From Trichosphaerium sp. ATCC 40318 (taxonomy: Eukaryota > Protista > Tubulinea), in assembly GCA_038496445.1 (NCBI GenBank), contig JALMLS010000079.1, forward strand, positions 62,001 to 126,000: 64,000 bases of DNA. The letters run 5' to 3'. The notes below the pieces were generated by a model that was given only the letters and a program-made list of their open reading frames with translations, did no database searches and was not told where the DNA came from. A program made the translations under genes and the position numbers. Shown here in pieces: positions 1 to 12,479 of this stretch (the first letter of the stretch is position 1; each line of letters begins with the position of its first letter).

Positions 1-276
1 GCGGCACGTGTCACTTTTCACGTATTACGTTTTTTAAAATAATGTTCTCCTTAGAATAACGATTTTGCTGAAGCGGTAGCATTCCTTCAGGGCATTGCTG
101 GGGTGTCGCAAAGACAATGAGGTTACTAGTCCCTTTGTTATTGTTTATTATAAAAAGCCACCTTGGCCAATGTAATGGTCTCCAATAATGTACTCTTTCT
201 CGAGAGCGCTGGTCTTTTGCGCTACATCTGTCAAAATGTAACATGACTATTGTATTAAGTTAACATTACCGTCCAT
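1..276 (-). CDS. 5' part of a spliced gene running off the window (MDDVAQKTSALEKEYIIGDHYIGQ...), product unknown
   Basis: ATG at 276 is followed by a GT-AG intron and an open exon; the downstream exon structure could not be resolved. Confidence 0.3.
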
Positions 277-308
277 TGTTTGTATAAGGCGTTGCAAGTG
301 TAAGTGGT

Positions 309-1764
309 ATGGCCGAGGACGAGTTTAAAATATCGCGTAAACTGCTTTGTGGTCACAAGGGTTCAGTATTGTCTTTAAGCACTCGAGAGGACGCCCAACT
401 CTTATATTCGAGCAGTGACGTGAGCTGGTGAGCGTAAATTGTTGGTTTATGTCTGTAGGATGGAACTGGTTTTGTATGGGACTTACGTACCGCGAAAAGG
501 TGTTTACGCAGCGCATAGTATGTGCTCACGCTGTTTAGAGTACGATGCGTTTGTGCGCCAGCCAAACAGCCTATTAATTGTATAACTACATCCCCTGTTG
601 ATGGGAATATGTTATATGTTGCGTCAGGGTCATCTGTACGTTGTTGTGAGTGCGTGGCTGATAAACTGAGGTTTAATGCAGGTCTTATGCTTTGATCTAC
701 GCAATACTGCTCTGGTTATGCAAAAATACGATCGGCAAGTATTGAAATGCAAGGATGATGTAAATCACGTGCGTTCACTAGGTTGTTTTTTTGGGTTGTG
801 TCATGTTTGCAACAGATAAGTTTCAGCCTCAATGGCGATGTTATGGCGACCTCTGATGATGATGGTAATTGCCAAACTGTCACGACGTACTAAATTCGAT
901 GTAGGCACAATCAACGTACTCGCCATAAAATCTGCCAGTGCGACTCCTTGTACGCTCACTGGGCACTCCAATGTGCGGTAGACTACATAGAATATATTTG
1001 TAAACTGAAAGCTGTCATAGATAGTATCAATGGCAAACTTTCATCCTGGCAATGCGGACCTCCTCGTTTCTGCTGGATTAGATTGCTGCATCTATGAGTG
1101 GTCTCTATCCAGCAGATCAATCATCAAGGACTTGACTCCTCCACGAGAATTGACAGGTGAGGTGTTCAATCCTCCACTAGTTCATGCCTTGGATATATCT
1201 GCAGACGGTTCACTCTTGGTAGCTGCCATTTTACACGACATGTAGCTCTAACATAACACGATAGGCGTGTGCCCGTGGTGATGGTTCAGTGACATTACAG
1301 CAGCTTCCATGTGGTGAATGGTTGGAAGTGGATTCTGCGCATGCTGGCGCCACCACATTTGTGTACAAACTCTTCGTTTTGTTTATTAATATGGTCGTTC
1401 TGGAACTAACTATCTTACTTCTCCAGTACGTTCCCAAAGTTTTCCAAAAACGATCATCTGCTATCAAGCGGTGCTGATGGTTGCATCAAAATGTGGTATG
1501 TGGTGCAAGCAACAATGGCAGTTTACTCATGTCAAAATGGTAGGCAAATTGACTCAGAGGACAAAGAAGACTCACGCATACCTTACGACATGTTCCAACT
1601 AGTGCACTTTAAGCACGGTACGTACCTATACAATCTCTTGCATTGCATTTTGACGCGTTGTAGGGAAGCAAATAAATTGGATAACATCCATGCCAGACAC
1701 GCCTACTGGCAACGTTTTTGTTTGTGACCCAAGTGGTGACATCTCAGCGTACAATGTGGTGTAA
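309..1764 (+). CDS. WD40-repeat protein (WDR53-like), multi-exon
   Basis: Spliced translation shows GHKGSVLSL...DGTGFVWD, VLCFDLR, LTGHSN..., LVSAGLDCCIYEW, FNPPLVHALDISADG; short GT-AG introns; stop at 1762-1764. Confidence 0.8.
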
Positions 1765-1902
1765 TTTAAAATAAAGTGTTTGAAAATGTAGCCAAGTCTT
1801 TACTTCGAAATGTTAAAACTAAACCCGTTGACTTTGCCTTCGGCTTTGTTGGGTCTGTTGTGGACACTATTTAGTACAAATTGCCTGAATAGCACAAAGG
1901 TT

Positions 1903-4786
1903 ATGTCGTGGGTTTCCAGTACGCATTATTGGGTCGCTGAACGCCATTTTACATAATGTTTTTAACGATAACGCGCAATTCTCACGTTAACGACGTTTAG
2001 ACGATACTGCTGGCGATCAAGACAGTTTATTTAATTGGGATACTTACGAAGGTTTCTACAAGGTTCTAATAAGTGCTTACTACCATTGTAGACGATTTTA
2101 AGCAAAACGGATTTTATTCAGTGTCAGAAGACACGCCATCAACGCCTTCAACCGACGAGACTACAGAACACCAAGTATGATCCTCACCCAACGCTAGTAA
2201 ACTAACGTATTATGTAAACAGTCACCACAGCACGCGTACCCTTCTGATTTTGCGGCACGTGGGTTTGATCAATTTCATCAATCGCAATTTCAAGTTCAGC
2301 AACCACACCTAGTCGGTTCTTTAGGAGGCAACCAAATTCTTATTTCGTGTTCTAACTATATGCTTAGATTTTTCATTGTATAATCCAACCATCAGCAATG
2401 TACCACCACTTGTACAAAACAGTAACTTTGGGTTAGAGTACGTCAAGGTTCCTGAAAGCTAAAATCAAAGAATGATTCAAAACACTTTTAACTTACCACT
2501 GCAATAGACCAGGTAGTATAGCGGCTCAAATGAACCGTATGGTACCTGCACCAAACAATGTACAGCTAGGAGCACCTCAATTTCAGCATGCCAACATCGG
2601 ACGCCAGAACAGCGCCAGTGTACCCCAACCGAATGCTCCTGCTACCCAGACACCCTTGCGAGAGATTATGAGTACGTTTTGCTTTCGTGCATGTATGTTA
2701 CAACCAAATAATTGGCTCCTCAAAATAGCTGCGACTTCAATGGCTGGCTTTATTAACTTGTATCACAAACCACGTAATTCAGGAGGCGTGTGGTGCGCAC
2801 CATCAGCCATTTTTTGGTTCTCGAACATTGAGTTAACTTTTTTGGATATAAAGGTATCCCATAAAAAAAGGAGATGCTATCCGCGTCTCAACTGGCAAAG
2901 GTGATGTTGGTAAAACGATAAAGGTAGTTGTAAAAGCGATGGCAACTGCGATTGTACCGATAGATAATCCACAGTTTATTTTCGATAAGGACTTTTCCCT
3001 CTGCTTGAAGTGTGGTAAGTTGTCATTTATCACAACAGCATCGTGCACTGAGTAGTATATCTTCAAACTTGTTGACAACAAATCGTAGATGGTACATTCA
3101 TGGATAGCTACCAAGGATTTACACTCAAGAAGCATCAAGTTGAATTTGAAAAGCAGGCACGGTTGTGTTTGTCGTTCAACTACTTAAGGACTCCAGCACA
3201 CTGTGGTTAATTTGGAAATCAAACTCAAGACAGTGGGCGATATAGAGTTTCATGCTAGCTCCAAAGTCTTTAATGGTGCCGTTGTATCTGTCTCATCACC
3301 GTCATTCAACACTTACTCTCACGGCCGCGGTGGAGGTGCACGTGGTAAAAAGCGCAAAACACTCACCACATTTGGAGAGCCAAGCACAGGTGCGAAATGA
3401 ATCAAGAAAACGCCTTACCAATCGGTTTGCCAAGTTGTTGACGGAACACCGTGGCATTGTGTTGATGGAGATTTGCGTGTGGAGGGTGTTGTTCGTGCTA
3501 AAGGTGAGTGATTAATTTATTAATGGGCGTACCATTTTAACCAAGGTATTCGAACAGAGGTGAGGCAGTACAGCGATGCCAGGCTCAAGACAAACATTGA
3601 AGATTTGAGAGACGCATTACAGATTATAACACGGCTGCAAGGCAAAAGTTTCGAGTGGAAAGCTGGACAAGAACCAGGCTCTGAAGGAGGTGGTAGAAGG
3701 GTTCTCGGCTTTATTGCACAAGAGGTCCGAGAAGTGACGCCTGAATTAGTTGTTGTGGACAAGGACACGGTATGTTAGCGTGTGAACCCTCTATCTTTTG
3801 TACAAAATATTGTACGTGAACTGACAACTCTTGAACAATGTAGGGCTACTTGGCTGTAGAGTACACTAGCATGATTCCTATTTTAATTGAAGCGATCAAA
3901 GAGCACACAATACAATATGAAATAGAAAAGCAACAAGCACAAGCGGAACTAGAACGGCTACGACAAGTAGTAAAGCAGCACAAGGAAAATGAGGCAATTG
4001 GTGAAGCGGAAATGGAAGAGAAGGTGTCTGGTATGTATAAGTTAAGATCGTTATTTGAATCATTCATACTTTGTGTAGCTTTGAGGAAGGAACTTGTCGA
4101 TATGAAACTGTCAGAAGAGACTGGTGGGATTCTTGCAAAAGAGAATCTCCGCAGTGAACTGTTTATTGTCAATAGAATGGCATGTTGTTATTTTGAACCA
4201 AAAAGGAAATGAATTCAATTTTTTTTATTCACAGTCATTTAGGAACACCACTCCAATCTTCTGCTACGATTTAGGCTCTTTGGTAGACTTATTGCACGGT
4301 AGGTTGTGTAGTTGATGGTATTTGTCTAACAAGTAATAATTAAGGAAAATTGCCAGACAACACAATTCTCAGATTCTTATATTTGCTGCCTTTTCAGACA
4401 CACAAGACCAGCCCGGCATTAAAGTAAGTGTTTAAAAGTGGACTGTACAACTTACAACTATAGATGAAGATAGTACCACACCATGACACCCAAGTTGGCA
4501 TTGATAGCTTTTGTGGTAAGTGCTTGGTTGCGTGGTCTTGTTTGTAACTCTTTTTGTTCAGAATCATTTGCATTCAAACAATTTAACAATGCTCAAGCTA
4601 TTGCATTAAAAAGCAACAGTTTACCATCTCTTCAAGGCAATTACACTTTGACTTTATCAACAGACTCTCATTTGTCTAGTATTTTCGGTGTTTGGGGTAC
4701 ATACTGCTGTGTTTTGAACTATTTTTAAACACTTTTTAGTTCATGACTTTAGACGAGGAGTACAATTTTTTGATGCAGGTAAATAA
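1903..4786 (+). CDS. Peptidase S74 / intramolecular-chaperone autocleavage domain protein with MYRF/MrfA-like architecture
   Basis: Q/P/S-rich N-terminus, basic NLS-like GKKRK, then YSDARLKTNIEDL...GFIAQEVREVTPELV...LAVEYTSMIPILIEAIKE (S74 motif) and a coiled coil; 3' end approximate. Confidence 0.75.
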
Positions 4787-5062
4787 ACTCCATCACACTT
4801 GTGTTGTATTAATAATGTTCGGCAGCTCATGTAACATTTCTGTGGAGTACTCAAACTCTTATTACTAACACACAACTATGTGCAACAACTCTTTGTATAA
4901 CTGAACATGGTGTTGCATTTGTTTATCCCAAAGACTTGTAATTATTGTAAATTAAATTCTCTCTCTTTGTATATGACTGAAATGCCTTCTATTTTTCTTA
5001 ATGCACCCAATATGGCCAAAATCCCATCAATAAAAAACATCAAACTGTTGGAATGGGGACCA

Positions 5063-6100
5063 CAGTACTGGAATCGGGATTTTGACCCGTACTAAACCCG
5101 TACGGAACCCGTACTTTTGACCCGTACTTAACCCGTACAGGTTCCGTACTTTTGACCCGTACTAAACCCGTACGGAACCCGTACTTTTGACCCGTACTTA
5201 ACCCGTACGGGTTCCATATTGTTGACTACCCAATCTACGGGTTACATACGGGATCCGTAGAGTAAATAAATAATATGAAATATGAAAGCTCAGATATTTC
5301 CTCATAAATGTATGTGTACACATATATCACATTTGTGCCAAAACCACAACCATCAGTATACACTTGCAATAAAATTTGGCCATCAAATTATTGTCAATCA
5401 AAATCCAAAAAAAATTTTTTGCAATTAAATGGCAGCTTGTAATCGTAAGGTACAAAAACATGTATTATTAATAGATAAGGTGTTTTAAGGTTATTAGGGC
5501 ATTTAAAAAGTAGAGAAGAAAACTTAATAAATGCAAAATACTTTTTACAATAATGTTTTACTGAATAACTTTGGGCTGACTGTACAACTGCTCAGAAAAA
5601 GCATTTTTATTTGGTACAATGCATGGTTTATTTTTAATCAACTCACCATTTTTTCCAAAAAAATGGAAAATATGTATTGTTTGTAATTTTGGGCTTTAAG
5701 CCTAATATTTCTTCCAAACAGGTCAAAAACTGGTTTAGTAATGGGGTTTAATGTAATGTAATGTAATGTTGGTTGTAATAATGCCTGATAATAGTTAAGA
5801 AAACAATAAACCATGATCGTTTAGTTTTAATTTTTGTAATAATGTAACACCATATTTTGACCCGTAAAACAAGAACTTGTACTTTTAAGAATACAATAAA
5901 CCAATCATTTTTTACTATTACAGTACACAAAACCCAAAAAACTTAACCCGTACCTAACCTGTACAGAAACCCTTTACTTTTTGACCTGTACTAACCCATT
6001 ATTGGTACTAATTTTTGACTGGAATAAACCGTAAAGTACTTACCCGTACTCCCGTACACCCGTACTTTTGACCTACGGTTCCATACTCCCGATTTTTACG
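5063..6100. mobile_element. Non-autonomous DNA transposon, family A copy 1 (ACCCGTAC subterminal arrays)
   Basis: Starts CAGTACTGGAATCGGGA; ACCCGTAC arrays at ~5085-5215 and ~5945-6070; reverse complement of ~5700-6100 is similar to 8046-8460; right terminus decayed. Confidence 0.7.
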
Positions 6101-6429
6101 TTAAAACCCACTAAAGTAATAACACTAATAACAACCTCCACCATACCCCAAAGCTGATCATCTCCAATCACTAAAAGGTATTGAGAAAAGTGCCTGGCTG
6201 ATAGTAATTTTACCAAAAAACTTTTTTTCCATAATGTATAATGTGTATTGAACCATGTGGCTTGTTGATTTTTGTAAATTTAACAGTTGGTGGATGCCAT
6301 GAACCTTCAGGGCTTTTATTTCTTAAGAAAAACAGACATTAACAATTTGGCATTCCATCCTTATTTGAATGGACAAAATACACACTTAAACGTGCCATTT
6401 GCATTTGAAAATAAACATGCCCAAAACAT

Positions 6430-7108
6430 CAGTAGTGAATCAGGATTTTGACATGCCAATCATATGCACATATTTTCACACAATACAATATACATACATG
6501 GCATGTACGTGTTACATACATGTTAAACACAATAAGTAAATTTTTTTTACAAAAAGAACTGTATCAACAATTTCTACTATGTACATCATAATAAACCATA
6601 CTATTGAGAAATTGTATTTTATTTAACCATTAGTTTGGAATGGTATGTTTGTATTGATTTTCCAAATATGTTATGTTTCCATTGGATCAAGTACTACAGC
6701 TGTGTTTCTGATTATGTTATTTGCTGTAATAGTAATGTAATCAAGATTTTGGCATATACAAAACCTGTATATGACATACTTTGCCTTGTACTTAATCCAT
6801 ATGTGACATGTACTTTCAAACTGTATTTAATTTGTATGTGGCATGTACATAAAAAAAAAAAAAAAAAGTTGCCCAAAAAATTCAAAAAAATAATCTCAAA
6901 AAATAACAGACAGCTTGTAGTCGCAAGGTACAAAACCATGTATTATTAATAAAAGAGGGTGTTTTAGGATTATTAGGGCATTTACTTAAAAACTAGAGGA
7001 GAAAACTTAATAAAATGCAAAATGTAGCTTTTTGCAATACATGTACGTGTCATACTTTTTGACATGTACAATATACATACTTCACATGTACTTCCAATTT
7101 CACTACTG
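6430..7108. mobile_element. Non-autonomous DNA transposon (MITE-like), family B
   Basis: Perfect 10-bp TIR CAGTAGTGAA / TTCACTACTG; interrupts a decayed AAAACGTGCC array with an apparent GT duplication. Confidence 0.75.
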
Positions 7109-7419
7109 GTGCCATGCATGTTGTATATTTGCAATAAACATTGTATTTAGGGTAGTTTAAGGATATTATGGCTCAATAACTCCATTAAACCTCTTTTTAA
7201 AGATGATTATTGCAATACTCGCTTGTGTAACTCAACCTTGCCCTCATTGTGTTCGACAACAAAAGCATGAATGCAAGGAGTAAAGCTGGCTCTATAATTG
7301 ATTTGTTTAGAAACTCATTTTAGCTTAGTGTTGTTGAGAGACTCAACATAACAAGTATTTTTTCCATGAATAAATGTGTTTACTTGTTTGGTGATAGCTG
7401 TTACCTCTTTTTGTAATGT

Positions 7420-7844
7420 TTTTTTTTTTTTTGATCATCTCCATATATTGTTAAATATCTGCCTGAGTTTTTGTTTAAATACTTCTTTTCAAACTTGGAC
7501 ATAATGTAATTAGCGTGTTAGCTAACTTTTTTAAATCTACCTCGATCTGGTGGTTTTAAATAACTGAATACCTCTGTCCAAACATCAAACACCATATGTG
7601 TTTCAAATAGAGATGATTTTGATTTGCAAGACTTCCAATGAGTTGTAATACATGGACATTTGTCTTTACACATGATAGCTGAATAGTGAGACATTGTAAA
7701 TCTCCAATGAAACAAAAACTCATCTCTCATAGCAGATATATCATCAGAATACTTTTTTTCAGATTCTTTAATACAACACATAAACCAAGTTGTTATACGA
7801 TCTGGATATATCATGTATTGTTTTGATTTTCCAAAAATGAGCAA
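7420..7844 (-). pseudogene. Intronless F-box-like ORF remnant inside the transposon island
   Basis: FDVWTEVFSYLKPPDRGRFKKVS* resembles an F-box motif; the frame stays open for ~30 codons after the stop. Confidence 0.35.
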
Positions 7845-8045
7845 AAAAAAATTTCCCCATTTTTGTTTTGCAAATTGTGAGCTTGAGAGTGAACGGAATC
7901 AAACAAAACCATGCTGATGAAACTGCAGCATCATTTTACACCATGTAAGTGTCTTTACAGAAATTTTTTTTTGACTTCAGAGTGCCTTACTTAATACACT
8001 TAGATTACCCCCATTAGTGAAACTTAATAAAACATCTACAATAAT

Positions 8046-8700
8046 CAGTAGTAAAATCAAAAGTACGGATAATGTACGGGTAGAGTACGGGTCAAAAAGT
8101 ACGGATTCCGTATGGGTTTTGTATGGGTCGAAAGTACGGAACCCGTATGGGTTGAGTACGGTTCAAAAGTACGGGTTCCGTACGGGTTGAGTACAGGTCA
8201 AAAGTACAGGTTCTGTACAGGTTAGGTACGGGTCAAAATATGTGTCGGCAGTTATAATTGTGTACACAAAATAGTAAAAACGATGGATTGGTTTATTGTT
8301 TTCTTAACTATTACAAGTACATTGACATTACAACACATTACATTACATTACATTACATTACAACCCCATTACCACTAAACGACCATGTTTTTGACCTGTT
8401 TGAGAAGATATTTTAGACATCATGCCTTAATTGTCCTAAAACCCAACTTAATATCCACAACTTAACAACTATTTCAGAAAAATGCTTGAAACCCATAATC
8501 GCCTTTAAAAAGTGGTTTAATAGAGCTATTAGGCCATAATATCCTTAAACTACTCCAAATACATATTTTCTGTCGTTTTTGCCTAAAAATGGTGAGTTGA
8601 ACCCCAAACCACCATGAAACCATGCATCGTACCTAAATATACCTAATGCTACATTTTCTGAGCAGTTTGTACAGTTGGACCAAAGTTATTCAATAAAACA
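8046..8700. mobile_element. Family A transposon copy 2 (GTACGGGT arrays, ACATT microsatellite)
   Basis: Starts CAGTAGTAAAATCAAAAGTACGG; colinear with 10934-11000 joined to 12035-12280; right end not found. Confidence 0.7.
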
Positions 8701-9838
8701 ACAAAATATCCTTAACAGCTCTATTAAACCACTTTTTAAAGGCGACTATGGATTTGATATTTCTATCATCATTATTTAATGGGCAGATTTCAATTTAGAA
8801 GTCTATGTTAAAATTAATAATCTGTTTTAACCAATAAATTTACCATTTTAACCTTTAACTTTAATTTTGCAGCTGTGGTTTTGACATTGTCATCCAATCC
8901 ATCAATAGTTAAAACATAATGAAGAAATACAAAGACTGCATTCAATTTGACCAATTTTAAATCTAAAACATATTCATCTATCTTATCAAATTCTGTGAGG
9001 GGTTCCAACATATCTTGCTATGCTTTTTTTGTCCATGAACACTCAATACATTCATATTTATCAGAAGATAGTGCATCATGGTTTAAAAAATAGAACCTGG
9101 TTTGAATCATTGATGGTTTAGTTTTTATAATTTTCTTTGTCTTTTTTATTAAGTTTTCTCCTCTAGTTTTTAAGTAAATGCCCTAATAATCCTAAAACAC
9201 CCTCTTTTATTAATAATACATGGTTTTGTTTGTACCTTGCGACTACAAGCTGTCTGTTATTTTTTGAGATTATTTTTTTGAATTTTTTGGCTACCTACCA
9301 AATGCCAGATTTTTTAAACAATTTTTTTTTTTACTTTTTTTTTATGTATGCAATATCCAAAAATACACAATCATTTGTTTTTTGGAAAGTTGTTCTCTTA
9401 GGATTTTGCCTAAAAAATTGACCAATTTGGTTTATTGCAGTTTTTAACTTGTGGCATTTGAGATTCTTCAATCATCACATCTTCATTAAAGTCAAAATTG
9501 TTTCTCAACAAAACAAAAACATTTTTGCAGAAGAATATTTGATTGTATCCTTGTTGAAGTTTGTTTGAAAGTTATATCACTATGTTGTTGTCATATTCAC
9601 TGCATGAAACAACAACAGAACTTCAAGTGTTGTGTTACATTAATTTTACATTTGCCAAAAAAACTGGGTTTTGTGAGTCTTGTTGAAAGTTATTTGAATG
9701 TACTTTTGATTTTACTATTGTTGTGTTTAATTAGTTTTTGAGCCTTTGTTTATGTTGCTCAAAATGTCTCATTTTAGCAACAAAGAGTTGCAAAATAGAG
9801 AAAAAAGAAAAGAAACAAAAAATGGAAAAAAAAAGGCT

Positions 9839-10849
9839 CAGTTGCAATAAACGTGCTCAAAATGTGCCATTTGCGTGTTTTAACCATGACCTGTCCTTAA
9901 TAGAAATTTGGAGAAAAATTCAAAATAAAAAAATTGACAAACTCAAAACTCAACCATCTCACCCCAAAGCCGATCGCCTCCGATCGTCAACAATAAAACA
10001 TGTATTTTCACCCAAGTAAGCAGTAGTTAGGTTTGTATTGGCATGGCTCTAAAAGTAGGCGAAAAAATCTAAAAATACCCAAAAACCAACAATTTCTTGA
10101 TTTTCCTATTTTTTGTGAATAACTCAGGTCTACTAGTACGAATCCTTTAAAAAACGAAGTATGGCCCACTATTAGGTACGAAGCATGGTTTCGTGGTGGT
10201 TTGGGGTTCGGTGCCCCTTTTTAAGGCAAAAACGATAGAAAATAGATATTTAGGGTAGTTTAAGGATATTATGGCTCAATAACTCCATTAAACCCCTTTT
10301 TAAAGACGATTATTGGATTTGAGATTTTTTGCCTAATTAGGTAAGTTCTTGCTTAAGTATTTACAATAAGGCAGGATTGGCGAAAAAAGCAGGTAAAATG
10401 GCAAAAACATGAAGTTGGTTGATATAAACTGGGTATCGTTTATGTGGGGATAGTTTTATGTAAAGTTTGTAATAATTGTACCAAACCTCTTTGTAATCGT
10501 TATGTGTTATGTATCGTAATAAACTGTTATTTTCTTTTCCTCTATAAAGTGGTGTTTTATGCGTGCTCAAAACGTGTGATATGTGTGGCAAATATGCGTG
10601 CCCAAAACGTGCCCAAAATGTGGAAAATAAACGTGCCTAAAACGTGCCCAAAACGTAGGTAATAAACGTGCCCAAAACGTGTCCAAAACGTGCGATTTGC
10701 GTGGCCAGCATGTGGAAGAGAAACGTGCCTTTTGCGTGGAAAAAAAACGTGCCCAAAACGTGTCCAAAACGTGTCTTTTGCGTGGAAAATAAACGTGCCC
10801 AAAATGTGCCCAAAACGTGCGATTCGCGTTCTGTCTGATTCCACCACTG
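9839..10849. mobile_element. Non-autonomous DNA transposon, family C (CCAAAACGTG arrays)
   Basis: Right end ...GATTCCACCACTG (rc CAGTGGTGGAATC); left end CAGTTG matches only weakly; flanked by CT on both sides; tandem array at 10560-10820. Confidence 0.6.
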
Positions 10850-10933
10850 CTTATAAATGCCTATTTTATGCCTGTATTATTATGCTTGTGTAATGCTTGA
10901 TTTATGCCCAGCATTTGAAGGATTAAATGCCTT

Positions 10934-12280
10934 CAATAGTAAAATCAGAAGTATGGATAATGTACAGGTAGAGTACAGGTCAAAAAGTACAGATCCCATA
11001 CAGGGCTGAAACTCAACAAGGCATTTTTGGACAATGCCTAGGCATTTTCAAATAATGCCTTATTTTTTACAAAAATGCCTAGTTTTTGCCTCATTCAAAA
11101 AGGCAAATACAGGGCAATGCCTTATTTTTTGCTCCAAAAATGCCTCATATTTGATGAAAAATGCTTGCATCTGGTACACAAGATTGCAATGGTTTTGCCT
11201 GCATATTTTAAGGAATTATGCCTTCAAATTAGGGCATAACTCATGCATCAATGCCTTATTTTGAAGGCAAAAAGAAAGCATTGTCATAGTCTACAGTGCC
11301 TAATAAACCAGGGCATTTTCAGGTAATAACACAACTATTTATTTTATAACACAGTACACATACAATACACAAAACTCCTAAGTCCACATTTGAAAAAACC
11401 TTAAAGAAAATATGAGATGGTGTAGAAAAAAAAAAAAAAAACTTACCTTGTAGTGTTAGAATTCCGCGGTCCTGGAAATATCGCGGAGTTCACTCCTACT
11501 ACTGTTGTAGGTAAAATAGGGTGCTGCGGTTCGTTTGGCGGTGGTTTCGTCTAATTTCATGAATTACTAATAGCGCTAGGTGCCTATCTATATAAAACGT
11601 CAGTAGGTGATGTGAAAAAAAAAGTGTACAAGTTGTTTGACTGTTACTTACCTTAAACCACTTCTTTAATGTGATCAGTCCTATGATATAGTATAGGCAA
11701 TGCCTTGTATATGAATTAAAATACAAGGCATATATTGCTTAAAAAAATAAGGCATAATAAAGGCATAAAGTACTTGCAATACAGGGCATTACTTGATTTT
11801 ATGCAATGCCAAAAAATGCAATACAAGGCATTATCTGATTTTATGCAATGCCAAAAGATGCCCAAAAATGCCTGGTATTAATGCCTTTTTGATGAAGGCA
11901 TTGCCTTTTTGTAAAAATGCCTTATTTTATTGGGCATTGCCAAATGCAAATGCCTTGATTTTGCCATCTGATGCCAAATGTTAGGAATATGCATCATTTT
12001 TTAAGGCAATGCCTAGCTGAGTTTCAGCTTTGTACAGGTTTTGAACGGGTCAAAAGTATGGAGCCTGTATAGGTTAGGTAAGGGTCAAAATATGTGTTGG
12101 CAGTTATAATGGTGTACACAAAATAGTAAAAACAATGGATTGGTTTATTGTTTTCTTAACTATTTCAAGTACATTTACATTACAACCCATTACCACTAAA
12201 CAACCATGTTTTTGGCCTGTTTGAGGAGATATTTTAGACATCATGCCTTAATTGTCCTAAAACCCAACTTAATATACACC
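10934..12280. mobile_element. Family A transposon copy 3, interrupted by the family D element
   Basis: Removing 11001-12032 and one TA restores continuous similarity to 8046-8460. Confidence 0.75.
11001..12032. mobile_element. Non-autonomous DNA transposon, family D (AATGCC/GGCATT arrays)
   Basis: TIR CAGGGCTGAAACTCA / TGAGTTTCAGCTTTG (13/15 match); TA duplicated on both flanks; dozens of AATGCC/GGCA units. Confidence 0.85.
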
Positions 12281-12479
12281 AACCTCTTGCTGTTTGCAAG
12301 CCTTTTACTTACAAGAACTCTGTTCCACTGGATTGGAAAATTTGTGTTGATTTTGATTAACCATAAAGATTCAACAGGAATTACTACAACATATTTATTT
12401 ACAATAAAATTCCCAATGATTATTTACACTGACATAAACTCAGATGAGGGACCAAATTCCTATTTGGTAATAAGTTTGA

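Larger units (their letters stand above)
6873..9290. repeat. ~145-bp module present as a near-perfect inverted pair (6873-7014 vs 9145-9290) plus a diverged copy at ~5430-5540
   Basis: CAGCTTGTAGTCGCAAGGTACAAAACCATGTATTATTAATAAAAGAGGGTG... matches the reverse complement at 9145-9290 apart from a 4-nt indel. Confidence 0.85.

Noticed and set aside
5085-5215. CRISPR-like or telomere-like periodic repeat (also 8064-8230 and 10560-10820)
   Set aside because: No unique spacers; the units are degenerate tandem motifs next to transposon termini in a eukaryotic context
10557-11984. ORFs from the track in this interval
   Set aside because: Translations of the CCAAAACGTG and AATGCC arrays; repetitive and without domain signal
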